A stretch of 64,000 bases of DNA from an uncultured Acidobacteriaceae bacterium (GCA_963770915.1 CAVYRG010000002.1:28203-92202), one strand, 5' to 3'. Shown: positions 48,565 through 60,597, counted from the stretch's first letter. The notes: generated by a model not told the origin, from the sequence alone. Numbers and translations are program-made.

Positions 48565-49026
48565 CTACCTTCGATACTGGGTCGGTTGCGGGCCCCGCTC
48601 CAGCGTTTCGCGATCCCAGATGGCGCCTTCGCGGGTGTAGTTGGCGAGTTCGAAATCCTGCGTGAGTTCCAGCGCGTCGGTGGGACACGCATCCTCGCAG
48701 AGGCCGCAGAACATGCAGCGGCTCAAATCGTAGGTGAACGTGGTGAGTTCTTTGCGGCGTGTCTTTTCATTGCGCTCGCTGGTAACCACGATCAGGTGCT
48801 CCGGACAAGCCAGAGCGCAAAGGTCACAAGCGATGCACATGGTCTCGTCCGTATCGGGGTTTACGTTCAGCCGCGGCGCGCCCCGGTAACGCTCCGCCAC
48901 CTGGGGACGCTGTAGCGGATACTGCTCGGTATAAATTTCTTTGGGATGCTGATTGCGGAAGGTCACGCTCATGCCCTGCAGAAGGTCGAGCAACAAGATT
49001 TTTCGCAGCAGGCGCGGCAGTGGCAT
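48565..49026 (-). CDS. NuoI-like 2x[4Fe-4S] ferredoxin, stand-alone NADH-quinone oxidoreductase subunit I homolog
   Basis: 153 aa. CIACDLCALACP and CMFCGLCEDACP motifs with NuoI-like N-terminal and C-terminal flanks. No other nuo genes in the window. Confidence 0.78.
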   Translation of the reverse strand: MPLPRLLRKILLLDLLQGMSVTFRNQHPKEIYTEQYPLQRPQVAERYRGAPRLNVNPDTDETMCIACDLCALACPEHLIVVTSERNEKTRRKELTTFTYDLSRCMFCGLCEDACPTDALELTQDFELANYTREGAIWDRETLERGPQPTQYRR

Positions 49027-49171
49027 AACGCCGTAAGCATACCATCAACTGCGCCTGCGCAGAAGAGCGGCGTGAGGGCGGATGCTATGATGGTTGTTCT
49101 TCACCCGTTTCGACGCCAGGCTGTAGCTGGCTTGCGTTTCGCAGCCAGTCTGGGACATTTTCCACGAGCTA

Positions 49172-50995
49172 ATGAGCCGCCGTTTATCCATTCTCATCCT
49201 TCTGGCGCTGTCTGTCGGTATCTATGTTGGGAACGCGGCCAAGCCACCTCTGCTTGATGATGCCGATGCCTCCCATGCACTGGTTTCTCGCGAAATGTTG
49301 CAGAAGGGCGATTGGGTGGTGATGTATCAGGACGGCGTGCGCTACCTGGAAAAGGCGCCGCTTCAGTTTTGGATGGTTGCGCTCACCTACAAATTCCTCG
49401 GCGAGGGAGCTTTTCAAACCCGCCTATCCCTGGCGCTCTCCGTAGTTGGACTGGTCCTTATGGTCTATTGGTTCGGCCGCACATTCTTCAGCGAGCGCGC
49501 CGGCTTCTATTCTGGACTCGTCATCTGCACCAGCGTCGGAACTTTTCTGTTCACCCGCATCATGGTCCCGGAAGCCATTTTCGCCCTGGAAATGACGGCG
49601 TTTTTCTATCTTTTCCTGCGCGCCTGGAACGGGCAACTTTCCCCTCGAATTGGCTACTGGTGCGCTTCCGCCGTTATGGCTCTCGCGGTGCTCACGCTTG
49701 GCCTCATCGGAGTGATCTTTCCCCTCGGCATTCTCTTTTTCTTCATCGTTTTGACGCGCAGTTGGAAACGCTGGCGCGAACTCCGTTTGTTTTCTAGCGC
49801 TCTTATCTTCCTCGTGATCGCGCTTCCCTGGCATCTTCTGGCGGAACATCGTTCGCCGGGATTCTTCTGGTCTTATTTCATCAACGAGCACTTTAAGCGG
49901 GCTCTGGGTACGCGCTATCCGCCCGACTACGAAGCCGTGCCTCTTCTGCTTTGGTGGGCGCTCCACTTAGTGTGGTTCTTCCCCTGGAGCATCTTTCTTC
50001 CCTTCGCTCTGCGCGACTTTCCGCGTCCCAGCACGTGGGGCAAGGCACTTCAACCGGCGCGGCAGGCCCGACTTTTGCTCGTGATATGGAGCGCGCTGAT
50101 TCTCGTCTTCTTCTCTCTTACCGGCGGATCGCGCATGGAGTACTACAGCTTCGGGGCATGGCCTGCGATTGCCATTTTGCTCGGCACAGGCTTGGCGCAG
50201 GCGGAAACAGCACGCGGCCGCTGGTTGCCCCGTCTGCAGGCGGGTTTGGCTGCGCTAGGAGCCCTCGCGGCTCTATGCCTGGGCTACCTGGTGTGGTCAT
50301 CGCTGCGCGTGTCTCAAACGCGCGATATATCCGGATTGATCCAGTACCACGATATTTCGACGTATCGGTTGTCCATGGCGCACATTCTCGATCTCACTCC
50401 GCAGGCATTTGCCGATCTTCGCGGCCCAGCCATCATGGCACTGCTGGTTTTTCTCTTGGGTTTCGGCGCAGCGTGGCTCTGGCGCAGGCGCGCAAGCGCT
50501 TTGGCCGCAACTTTAACGACGGCTCTAGCTATGGGGATATTCTTCTTTGCCGCAAATTGGGCCTTTGGCAAGTTCGAGCCGCGGCTTTCTTCCAAGCCTC
50601 TGACCGACGCGATCCTGCCCTATTTACGGCCGCAGGATCGGATCGTGCAATATGGCGATTTCAACATGGGGTCGAGCATTCCGTTCTACACCGACCGCCA
50701 CGTCTGGATTTACAACGGCCGCATAGGTACGAATCTCGAATTCGGCTCGAACTATCCCGATGTGCCTCCAACCTTTCTGGACGACCAGCAATTCCCGGCC
50801 TTTTGGCGCAGCCCTGATCGTGTGTTCTTGTTCGTGCCGGAAGAATTGCGCAAACAAGCTCTGTCTCGCATGCCTGCCGATTCCACGTATCTGCTCGCGC
50901 GCAGCGGCAGAAAGCTTATTCTCGTGAATCAGGCTCTGGTTCCGAACCAGCCAACGCTGGGCGACCTGCTGGCGCAGCACGAGATTATTCCTTAG
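49172..50995 (+). CDS. GT39/ArnT-like membrane glycosyltransferase
   Basis: 607 aa, many TM segments. N-terminal PPLLDDADASHA resembles the DxD/extracytoplasmic loop-1 motif of PMT/ArnT-type enzymes. Confidence 0.82.
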   Translation: MSRRLSILILLALSVGIYVGNAAKPPLLDDADASHALVSREMLQKGDWVVMYQDGVRYLEKAPLQFWMVALTYKFLGEGAFQTRLSLALSVVGLVLMVYWFGRTFFSERAGFYSGLVICTSVGTFLFTRIMVPEAIFALEMTAFFYLFLRAWNGQLSPRIGYWCASAVMALAVLTLGLIGVIFPLGILFFFIVLTRSWKRWRELRLFSSALIFLVIALPWHLLAEHRSPGFFWSYFINEHFKRALGTRYPPDYEAVPLLLWWALHLVWFFPWSIFLPFALRDFPRPSTWGKALQPARQARLLLVIWSALILVFFSLTGGSRMEYYSFGAWPAIAILLGTGLAQAETARGRWLPRLQAGLAALGALAALCLGYLVWSSLRVSQTRDISGLIQYHDISTYRLSMAHILDLTPQAFADLRGPAIMALLVFLLGFGAAWLWRRRASALAATLTTALAMGIFFFAANWAFGKFEPRLSSKPLTDAILPYLRPQDRIVQYGDFNMGSSIPFYTDRHVWIYNGRIGTNLEFGSNYPDVPPTFLDDQQFPAFWRSPDRVFLFVPEELRKQALSRMPADSTYLLARSGRKLILVNQALVPNQPTLGDLLAQHEIIP

Positions 50996-51014
50996 GAAGG
51001 CGCGGTTGGGAGCG

Positions 51015-52130
51015 CTACTTTCGATCCTGCCGCTTTTGAGCGACCACCAGTCCGCGCGGCGTAGGCAACAGCACCACGGACAGCAATCCTTCCTGCTCCA
51101 GCCGCAGCGCCGCCTCCCTAACGACTTTGAACTGCGAGCTGGCGTCGTGCACGAGCACCAGCGCGCCCGGAGCGAGCTGCGGCAAAAAACGGCGAATCTC
51201 GGCTTCGCGGATATCGGGATCGCTGTCGCAAAAAAGAAGATCGATTACCCCATCCACTTTGCTATCCAGGCTTGATTCGTTGCGAGACTCGATCAGCCGG
51301 CTCAGCCCCGAGGCCTCGATGTTCCGGCGCGCGCGGGCGAAAATCGCGGGATCAAATTCGATCGTGATGATGCGCCCAAACCCGTTGGCTTTCAGCCCCT
51401 CCGCCATTTTGATGGCGCTGTGTCCGACGAAGGTGCCAGTTTCGACAATCAAAGAAGGCTTGACTGTGATGACGAGCGATTTCAGGAAATCCAGAACTTC
51501 CAGTTCTGCCGTCTGCGCATCCAGCATTTGCCAGCGCTCTGGATGCGGACATTCTGGCGTCGGCGAAACATATTCCTTTTGCACGAACTCGCCCTGTTGC
51601 GCGATGCGCTCAAGGATGGCATGGCCTTCGAAGCGAATGACAAATGGCGGGACGATGAGAGCAAGCCAGATTCCTCCAGCGACGATAACAACTCCGCTGA
51701 CGATTGGACTCGTCCCCCAAAACAATCCGTTCACGGAGACGAAACGGTGAGAGGCGAAACCAGCCAGCAACTGGCACGCACCCTCGAGGATCAACCACTC
51801 TCCAAAAACAATACCTTCGGGGCGCTGCAGCTGCACCTGCCGCTTACCCTCATGCCAAAGAAAGACGAGCATTGCCACATGCGCCAGAAATGCCCAGGTG
51901 AGCAACGAGTCCAACGCAATTGCCCGAGTCGAAACAGCAATCTCAACCAGGCCGGCGAGAAGAGTGGCAATCAGCCCGGAGGTGGCCGCCGGCGCAATGA
52001 CATCCAGCCCAACTCTCATGTTCCATCCGGCGGCGCGCGCCATGGAAAGCCGGCGCCGGCGAAGATCAAGGTGCAGGCTCGCTCCGGCGCCCAGCGCAAA
52101 CGCGATCAGAAGATAGAGAGGTTGGATCAC
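51015..52130 (-). CDS. membrane-anchored class I SAM-dependent O-methyltransferase
   Basis: GTG start. About 190-aa polytopic N-terminal region, then an MT fold (LIVETGTFVGHS, ITIEFD, LLFCDSD). Confidence 0.72.
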   Translation of the reverse strand: MIQPLYLLIAFALGAGASLHLDLRRRRLSMARAAGWNMRVGLDVIAPAATSGLIATLLAGLVEIAVSTRAIALDSLLTWAFLAHVAMLVFLWHEGKRQVQLQRPEGIVFGEWLILEGACQLLAGFASHRFVSVNGLFWGTSPIVSGVVIVAGGIWLALIVPPFVIRFEGHAILERIAQQGEFVQKEYVSPTPECPHPERWQMLDAQTAELEVLDFLKSLVITVKPSLIVETGTFVGHSAIKMAEGLKANGFGRIITIEFDPAIFARARRNIEASGLSRLIESRNESSLDSKVDGVIDLLFCDSDPDIREAEIRRFLPQLAPGALVLVHDASSQFKVVREAALRLEQEGLLSVVLLPTPRGLVVAQKRQDRK

Positions 52131-52304
52131 GAGAGCAGTGGGCTCCCGCCTTGGGTGACAAGCATTGAGAGAGATTTCAACTTCGGCATTGGCCGGTTAG
52201 GATACCACCAAGCACGGAGCGGCGAAGATAATGAATTGCCGCTGGCCGCTTTTTGGAGGTTTAGCAATCGCTCTTCTGACGCTAGCCCTACAATAGGGCA
52301 ATCC

Positions 52305-52763
52305 ATGAGCGTGGAGCGTTCGGACGAAGTTTGGATGGAAGAGGCCCTGCGCGCTGCGCAGCGCGCCCTGGAAGCCGGCGAGGTCCCGGTCGGCGCGGTT
52401 GTGCTTTGCGACGGCCACATTGTCGGGCGTGGATGGAATCGCAACATCACGGACGCCGATCCAACTGCTCATGCCGAGATTGTCGCATTGCGCCAGGCGG
52501 CTGCGGCGCTTGGTAACCACCGCCTGGGGGACTGCGCCCTGTTTGCTACAATTGAGCCTTGCCCGATGTGTGCGGGAGCACTGGTGCATGCTCGCGTCAA
52601 GCGCCTGGTTTACGGCGCGGACGACCCGAAAGCCGGCGCGGTTCACTCGGTTCTCCAAGTGTTGAACCACCCCGCGCTCAATCATCAGATGGAAGTCCGC
52701 GGAGGCGTGTTGGCGGGCCGCTGCGCGGAGTTGTTGCAATCGTTCTTTAAGAACCGTCGTTAG
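52305..52763 (+). CDS. tadA: tRNA adenosine(34) deaminase
   Basis: HAEIVALRQA and PCPMCAGAL zinc motifs, 152 aa. The upstream part of track ORF 51420..52763 is antisense to the methyltransferase and was rejected. Confidence 0.92.
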   Translation: MSVERSDEVWMEEALRAAQRALEAGEVPVGAVVLCDGHIVGRGWNRNITDADPTAHAEIVALRQAAAALGNHRLGDCALFATIEPCPMCAGALVHARVKRLVYGADDPKAGAVHSVLQVLNHPALNHQMEVRGGVLAGRCAELLQSFFKNRR

Positions 52764-52842
52764 TCGTTGGTCGTTGGCCAAGAAACCCGAGCAGCCGGGA
52801 TTCTGCCAACGACGAGCGACCAAGGACCAAGGACGCTTTTCC

Positions 52843-52932
52843 GGAGAGGTGCGTGAGTGGTTGAAACGATCCGCCTCGAAAGCGGACATACCTTAACGGG
52901 TATCGGGGGTTCGAATCCCCCCCTCTCCGCCA
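52843..52932 (+). tRNA. tRNA-Ser (anticodon CGA)
   Basis: Manual fold. Acceptor GGAGAGG/CCTCTCC. Anticodon stem TCCGC/GCGGA with loop CU-CGA-AA. Long variable arm. T-arm GGGGG-TTCGAAT-CCCCC. Encoded CCA. Confidence 0.95.
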
Positions 52933-53037
52933 GATCCTCAGAATTGCTCTGGCACCCCGAAAGTTCAACTTCCTGAAGATATTTCCCGAATACGGAATCT
53001 GAAATGTCCCTCGCAGCACGACGCAAAAGCATGAGTC

Positions 53038-53064
53038 TTGACAAAATGTCAGATTAGATATATT
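53038..53064 (+). promoter_or_regulatory. candidate sigma70-type promoter with a palindrome overlapping the -35, upstream of the fur-like gene
   Basis: TTGACA (53038-53043), 15-nt spacer, TATATT (53059-53064). Palindrome TGACA-AAA-TGTCA at 53039-53051. ATG at 53076 has no SD. Confidence 0.4.
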
Positions 53065-53075
53065 CCAAGTAGTAG

Positions 53076-53510
53076 ATGGACTCCGAGGCGATTAAGCGGT
53101 CCTTGGCCGGTACCGGCCTGCGCTGCACGCCGCAGCGCTACGCCGTGATGGCAGTCCTGATGAAACGCGACTGGCATCCCACGGCTGCGGAAATTTTCGA
53201 AGCCGTGAATCGCGTGGACCCGCGGTCTTCAAGGGCCACGACTTACAACAATCTGCGGGACCTGGTGAAAGCGGGCTTAGTGCGTGAAGTAGCGGTCGAG
53301 GGACGCGCCGCGCGGTTCGATGCCAAAGGTATGCCGCATCACCACTTCATCTGCGACCGTTGCGGCAATGTTGAGGACATGGCGTGGTATGACGTGCCAT
53401 GGCCTGCCTCGCGCTCGTTCGGCAAGCGGAGGGTTCGCGAGTGCGAACTCATTTTCCGGGGATTCTGCGCCAAGTGCGCTCCGCGGCGCGCTTCCCGCCA
53501 AGTTTCGTAG
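53076..53510 (+). CDS. fur: Fur-family transcriptional regulator (FurA/PerR-like)
   Basis: 144 aa. TPQRYAVMAVL DNA-binding helix, HHHFICDRCG and FCAKC metal sites. Immediately upstream of katG. Confidence 0.88.
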   Translation: MDSEAIKRSLAGTGLRCTPQRYAVMAVLMKRDWHPTAAEIFEAVNRVDPRSSRATTYNNLRDLVKAGLVREVAVEGRAARFDAKGMPHHHFICDRCGNVEDMAWYDVPWPASRSFGKRRVRECELIFRGFCAKCAPRRASRQVS

Positions 53511-55868
<2,358 letters not shown>

Positions 55869-55944
55869 ATAACAGCAGACGAGGCGCAGAGGGGACAAAT
55901 CCCCCTCTACGCCCGTCTTACCCCCTTGGAACGGCAGGTCGGAA

Positions 55945-56718
55945 TCACGACGGTAGATTAACGCTTGAGACCTGCTGGCAGGCTTCGAGCAGCTTCTCCT
56001 GCCGATCGATGTTACGCGAGGCGGGGTTCGGCTCGCGCGGGCGCATATGGAAGAAGTATTCACCTGTGACCTTTGCGGTCGGGTCATCGCTCGCCGCCAG
56101 CCACACTTGCGTACGATGCCCTTGGTCCAGGTCATCGGGCGCGTTCGGCCCACCCATTTTCGTCGCCACCCATCCCGGTTCGAGCGCGTTCGAAAAAACA
56201 TCGGGCCAGCGCCGCGCCAGCGCGAAAGCCAGAATCACGTCGTGAAGTTTGCTGTCAGAGTAGGCCTGGGTTCCCTGCCACGACCGCTGTTCCCACGCGA
56301 GATCCTTTAGGCTGGCATCTCCGTTCTGATGTAAACCTGAACTCAAGTAGATAAGGCGCTTGGGCTTTCCAATCAGAGCGGTCAGGATGTAGGGCGCCAA
56401 AGTATTGACTGCGAAGACGTGCGGCAGGCCATCTTCGGTTGCAATGCGCCGCGGCTCCAGGTAGCCGACCGCGGCGTTGTGGATAATCGCATCGAATTGG
56501 CCTAGCGCGTTGACCTGATCTGCCACGCTGCGGGTTTGCGTGATACTGGCCAGGTCGCCGAGGACGCAGGTCTCCGCACCCGGGACTGCGGCCATCGCTT
56601 GCTTCCCGCGCTTTTCGTTGCGGGCGTGCAAAACAACCCGGTGCCCTTGCTCGACCAATAGTTGCGCCGCCATCTGGCCAAGCCCGTCCGAAGAACCTGT
56701 GATGAAAATGCGAGCCAT
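55945..56718 (-). CDS. SDR-family oxidoreductase
   Basis: MARIFITGSSDGLGQ (TGxxxGxG), NAAV, and YSDSK (YxxxK). Confidence 0.85.
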   Translation of the reverse strand: MARIFITGSSDGLGQMAAQLLVEQGHRVVLHARNEKRGKQAMAAVPGAETCVLGDLASITQTRSVADQVNALGQFDAIIHNAAVGYLEPRRIATEDGLPHVFAVNTLAPYILTALIGKPKRLIYLSSGLHQNGDASLKDLAWEQRSWQGTQAYSDSKLHDVILAFALARRWPDVFSNALEPGWVATKMGGPNAPDDLDQGHRTQVWLAASDDPTAKVTGEYFFHMRPREPNPASRNIDRQEKLLEACQQVSSVNLPS

Positions 56719-56750
56719 GGATCTTTGATGATGCCGCCTGCCATGGCGAA

Positions 56751-57035
56751 TCAGATTTCGATCTTGTCTTCCGTATGGCGAGTGAGATACCAGCAAGGCA
56801 GGTCGCCCATATGCGGGAAAAGCGCGTGAACACAGGGTTCGTTCACCGAATCCAGGTATACGTACTCGATCTTGTTGGACTTCTTATCGATCGCGTAATA
56901 GCGGTCGACCGTGACGCTGGCAAAGGCATCGCGCCCCTTCCAGATTTTGAAACGGAGCACGGCATAGTCGCCGCCGTACACCAAAGCGATAAGCGCAATG
57001 AGAGTCAAAACAGCAATGCCGACGATTCGCTTCAT
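56751..57035 (-). CDS. hypothetical membrane-anchored small protein
   Basis: ATG 57035. N-terminal TM segment MKRIVGIAVLTLIALIALVYGG. 94 aa. Confidence 0.45.
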   Translation of the reverse strand: MKRIVGIAVLTLIALIALVYGGDYAVLRFKIWKGRDAFASVTVDRYYAIDKKSNKIEYVYLDSVNEPCVHALFPHMGDLPCWYLTRHTEDKIEI

Positions 57036-57104
57036 GGGGCAACTTTCCTGAAAGTTACCATTTCTTGACACGCCTGCAACGGTGCACACTATAGCCTAGA
57101 TGCG

Positions 57105-57713
57105 ATGAGGAAAAACCGCGGACACAAGCGAGCCGATATCATGGCACGGATTGCGCATTTCACCGCTGCCCTCGTTCTGGCTTGGGCGCCAGCTGTGCTT
57201 GCCCAGCAGAACCCGGTGCAGCTCGAATTTGTTGCGGATCACACCACCGTGCAGTTCACTCTGGGCGCGACCTTGCACACCGTCGAAGGAACTTTCGCCG
57301 TGAAGCGGGGCTCGGTCCATTTCGATCCTGCCACCGGCGCAGTGAGCGGCGAAATCGTAGTCGACGCCACCAGCGGGCAGAGCGGGAACAGCGGCCGCGA
57401 CACCCGAATGCACCGCGAGATCCTGGAGAGTGCGAAATTCCCCGAAATCATCTTCCGCCCCGGCCGCGTGGAAGGCAAACTCGAAACGCAAGGCGCATCT
57501 ACGTTGCAGGTTCATGGCGTGTTTAACATTCACGGCTCCGACCACGAAATCACCATACCGGTGCAGATGGAAATGGCCGCCGACCATTGGACCGCATCCT
57601 CCCACTTCGAGATTCCCTACGTGCAATGGGGCATCAAGAATCCCAGCAACTTCTTCCTGCACGTCAGCCCATCGGTGACCATCGACATCCATGCCTCGGG
57701 TCCTACCCCCTGA
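57105..57713 (+). CDS. YceI-family periplasmic protein
   Basis: Signal peptide ...LAWAPAVLAQQ. YceI-like HTVEGTF and SGNSGRDTRMH motifs. ATG 57141 is an alternative start. Confidence 0.85.
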   Translation: MRKNRGHKRADIMARIAHFTAALVLAWAPAVLAQQNPVQLEFVADHTTVQFTLGATLHTVEGTFAVKRGSVHFDPATGAVSGEIVVDATSGQSGNSGRDTRMHREILESAKFPEIIFRPGRVEGKLETQGASTLQVHGVFNIHGSDHEITIPVQMEMAADHWTASSHFEIPYVQWGIKNPSNFFLHVSPSVTIDIHASGPTP

Positions 57714-57781
57714 TCGCCAACGGCCAGAACTAAACTGACTTCCCGTTCTGGTAGCGGCACAATGTGGGTATCTTTCTAATT

Positions 57782-57880
57782 TTGTCATTCCGAAGCGCAG
57801 CAGTATCGCGCGAGGAATCTGCTGTTTCGGCGGTGGCAACAAGCAGATTCCTCGCCGATAAGGCCGGCTCGAAATGACAA
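57782..57880. repeat. family-B MITE-like repeat, copy B3
   Basis: TTGTCATTCCGA...CGAGGAATCTGC...GCAGATTCCTCG...TCGAAATGACAA. Confidence 0.85.
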
Positions 57881-57965
57881 TGGTTAGGATAAGTTCGCCA
57901 AACTGGGCCACTACCCGCGCTCTGTCCGGCTTGACATTCCTGCCTGATCGTCTCACTATGCGGGC

Positions 57966-58901
57966 ATGAAAATCGGCTACGGTTTTTTCCTCTCTTCCCT
58001 GCTTGCTGGAATGGTGCTACAACCTTTGACGCTGCGCGCGGCGGATCGGCCAACCGACGTTACCCGTCCCCCGATCGTCGGTGTAGCGCACATCGCTCTT
58101 AACACGAATGACCTCGCCGCCGCCCGCCACTTCTACACGGATGTTCTCGGCTTTCAGGAACCGTTCAAGGAGACGAAGCCGGACGGCAACCCCCTGTTCG
58201 CCGATTTCAAGGTCAACGATCATCAGTACATCGAGATTTTCCCCGACCTCAAAACCCCAGACCAGCTTCGCCTGGTGGACATCGCCTTTGAGACCACCAA
58301 TGCCGAGCAGCTTCGCGCCTATTTGGCCAGCAAAGACGTGGGGGTGCCTGAGAAAGTCACAAAAGACCGGGATGGAAACCTCAGCTTCCAGGTTCACGAC
58401 CCTGAGAATCACGTGGTCGAGTTCGTGCAGTTCCTGCCCGGCTCGCGTGAAAGCAAGGATTTTGGAAAGTTCCTCTCCGGCAAACGCGTCTCAGACCACA
58501 TCATTCACGTAGGCTTTGTGGTGAAGGACCGGGCCGCCGAGGATCACTTCTTCAAGGACATTTTGGGCTTCAAGTTCTTCTGGCAGGGTGGAATGACCGA
58601 TACGCGGGCCGATTGGATCGATATGCGCGTGCCCGACGGCCCCGACTGGCTTGAATACATGATGAACTTGCGCGACGAAAGCGTGCATACGCTGGGCGTC
58701 ATGAACCACTTTGCGCTGGGCGTTCCAAGCACTCAGGCCGGCTATGAGACGGTTGTGTCGCGCGGCCTCACTCCCGATAAGCCCAAGATCGGCCGCGATG
58801 GAAAATGGCAGCTTAATCTGTACGATCCGAACCAGACTCGCGTCGAACTGATGGAGCCGAAGCCAGTGCAGCCGCCCTGCTGCTCTCCCATGCTGCAATA
58901 A
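57966..58901 (+). CDS. secreted VOC-family (glyoxalase/bleomycin-resistance/dioxygenase fold) protein, two VOC modules
   Basis: Signal peptide. Two repeats beginning GVAHIALNTNDLAAARHFYTDVLGF and HVGFVVKDRAAEDHFFKDILGF. Confidence 0.8.
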   Translation: MKIGYGFFLSSLLAGMVLQPLTLRAADRPTDVTRPPIVGVAHIALNTNDLAAARHFYTDVLGFQEPFKETKPDGNPLFADFKVNDHQYIEIFPDLKTPDQLRLVDIAFETTNAEQLRAYLASKDVGVPEKVTKDRDGNLSFQVHDPENHVVEFVQFLPGSRESKDFGKFLSGKRVSDHIIHVGFVVKDRAAEDHFFKDILGFKFFWQGGMTDTRADWIDMRVPDGPDWLEYMMNLRDESVHTLGVMNHFALGVPSTQAGYETVVSRGLTPDKPKIGRDGKWQLNLYDPNQTRVELMEPKPVQPPCCSPMLQ

Positions 58902-58909
58902 GACCGCTC

Positions 58910-59863
58910 TCAGGGTAGAGAACTTTGGGCTGGCTGCGGAGTCTGTTCCGCAGCCAGCACGATTTTGGGGTGAAACAGAGTGCCCGCCACTCGTGCGGCG
59001 ATGGCGATGAGTTCTCTTTGTCCGCAGAAGACCTTTACCAATTTAGCGCCTGAAAGCTCGGGGAGATTCACCGCCCGTCCGTTGCGAATGTTCGCGGCGG
59101 CTTCCTCGTTCGCAGTCACCGAAGGCAATTCCGGCAACAGCGCTCGCGGATGGGTAAACAAACCCTCAATCTGCCCCAGTTCCGCCGCCTGCCCAATCTC
59201 CTCCAAGGTATGAGCGCTGTCGAGTTGAAATTCTGCGACCGCGGTCCGGCAGAGCGATTCCAGGTGCGCGCCGCAGCCCATTCTCTGCCCCATGTCATGT
59301 GCCACCGAGCGCATGTAGGTCCCTGCGGCGACCCGCGCCCGGAAGCAGGCGCGTTCACCCTCCGCGCTCAGGATTTCCAGCTCTTTGATCTCCACTTGCA
59401 CCGCCTTCAGGGCGACCGGCATCTGCTTCCTCGCCAGCTTGTAAGCAGGAACTCCCTTGATCTTCTTGGCCGAAAAAGGCGGCGGCATCTGCTCGATCAC
59501 GCCGCAAAACTGCCCTGCGAGTTCGCGGATCTGCGTCAAGACCAGCGTAACGGCCTGCGGAGAACTCGTCGCTTCGCCCTCGGCGTCGTACGTATCGGTC
59601 GCAAAACCGAAGCGAATCACACCCTCGTAGGCCTTTTCCGAAGCAAGATAAAACTGCGCCAGCCGCGTGAGGTTGCCGATCAAAATGGGCAGCACTCCGG
59701 TAGCCAGCGGGTCGAGCGTCCCCAAATGCCCAACGGAGCGTTGTTGTAGAATCTTGCGAACACGATTCACCACGTCGTGGGAGGTTATTCCGGCAGGTTT
59801 GTCGACAATCAAGACGCCGTTCATGAGCACTCTCGTGGTTTGGCCATTGAGCAAATTCGCCAT
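58910..59863 (-). CDS. truB: tRNA pseudouridine(55) synthase
   Basis: NGVLIVDKPAGITSHDVV and GHLGTLDPLATGVLPI motifs. Start at ATG 59863 or 59824. Confidence 0.92.
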   Translation of the reverse strand: MANLLNGQTTRVLMNGVLIVDKPAGITSHDVVNRVRKILQQRSVGHLGTLDPLATGVLPILIGNLTRLAQFYLASEKAYEGVIRFGFATDTYDAEGEATSSPQAVTLVLTQIRELAGQFCGVIEQMPPPFSAKKIKGVPAYKLARKQMPVALKAVQVEIKELEILSAEGERACFRARVAAGTYMRSVAHDMGQRMGCGAHLESLCRTAVAEFQLDSAHTLEEIGQAAELGQIEGLFTHPRALLPELPSVTANEEAAANIRNGRAVNLPELSGAKLVKVFCGQRELIAIAARVAGTLFHPKIVLAAEQTPQPAQSSLP

Positions 59864-59901
59864 CCCCTGATGACCAAACTACCCGATTCCTGAATTCTCG
59901 C

Positions 59902-60597
59902 ATGATACCTCTTCGCGACGACCAGCCCCGCTTCAGCACTCCTTTCGTGACCTACTTTCTCATCGGGCTGAATCTGCTCATCTTTCTTTTTGAGGCCACG
60001 CTCAGCCCCCGCAGCCTGCAGGCTCTGCTGATTCAGATGGGGCTGGTCCCCGCTCGCGTGACCGCGCTTCTCACGGGAGCGCGCTATTGGAACCCGGTGG
60101 CGGTCGGCTTGACGGTCTTCACCTCGATGTTTCTGCACGCTTCCTGGCTGCACGTGATCGGCAACATGTGGTTTCTATGGATCTTCGGGGACAACGTCGA
60201 AGACTATCTCGGCCATTTCAAGTATCTGGTGTTCTATTTGCTCAGCGGGGTGGCCGCCGCGATGGCGCAGGTCGCGCTCAGCCCGAATTCCGTCATCCCG
60301 ACGATTGGCGCCAGCGGAGCGATTGCCGGAGTGCTCGGAGCTTATTTCGTCGTTTACCCGCGCGCGCGGGTGCTGACCTGGTTTTTCGTGTTCTTCGTTC
60401 ACATTCCGGCCTGGATCGTGCTCGGCTATTGGTTCGTGATCCAGTTCGTCAGCGGAGCGGCCACTTCTCTCTCCTACGCGGGCAACACCGGCGGCGGCGT
60501 CGCGTTCTGGGCGCACGTGGGAGGATTCATCGCAGGCGTGGTCATGATCAAGATCTTCCCTGAGCGGCCGCAACGCTACCGCTATGGCGCATGGTGA
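59902..60597 (+). CDS. rhomboid-family intramembrane serine protease
   Basis: HASWLHVIGNMWFLWIFG, catalytic GASGAIAGVLGAY, and a later AHVGGF His. Confidence 0.9.
   Translation: MIPLRDDQPRFSTPFVTYFLIGLNLLIFLFEATLSPRSLQALLIQMGLVPARVTALLTGARYWNPVAVGLTVFTSMFLHASWLHVIGNMWFLWIFGDNVEDYLGHFKYLVFYLLSGVAAAMAQVALSPNSVIPTIGASGAIAGVLGAYFVVYPRARVLTWFFVFFVHIPAWIVLGYWFVIQFVSGAATSLSYAGNTGGGVAFWAHVGGFIAGVVMIKIFPERPQRYRYGAW

Noticed and set aside
51420-52304. N-terminal 295 codons of track ORF 51420..52763
   Set aside because: This part is antisense to the methyltransferase gene. TadA homology begins only at ATG 52305.
52764-52840. GTCGTTGG / CCAAGGAC short tandem duplications and a partial hairpin between tadA and tRNA-Ser, as another repeat family or a terminator
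   Set aside because: There is only a 9-bp perfect stem (GTCGTTGGC/GCCAACGAC) with a 26-nt loop and a weak T-run. It is a single locus in this window, so I did not call it.
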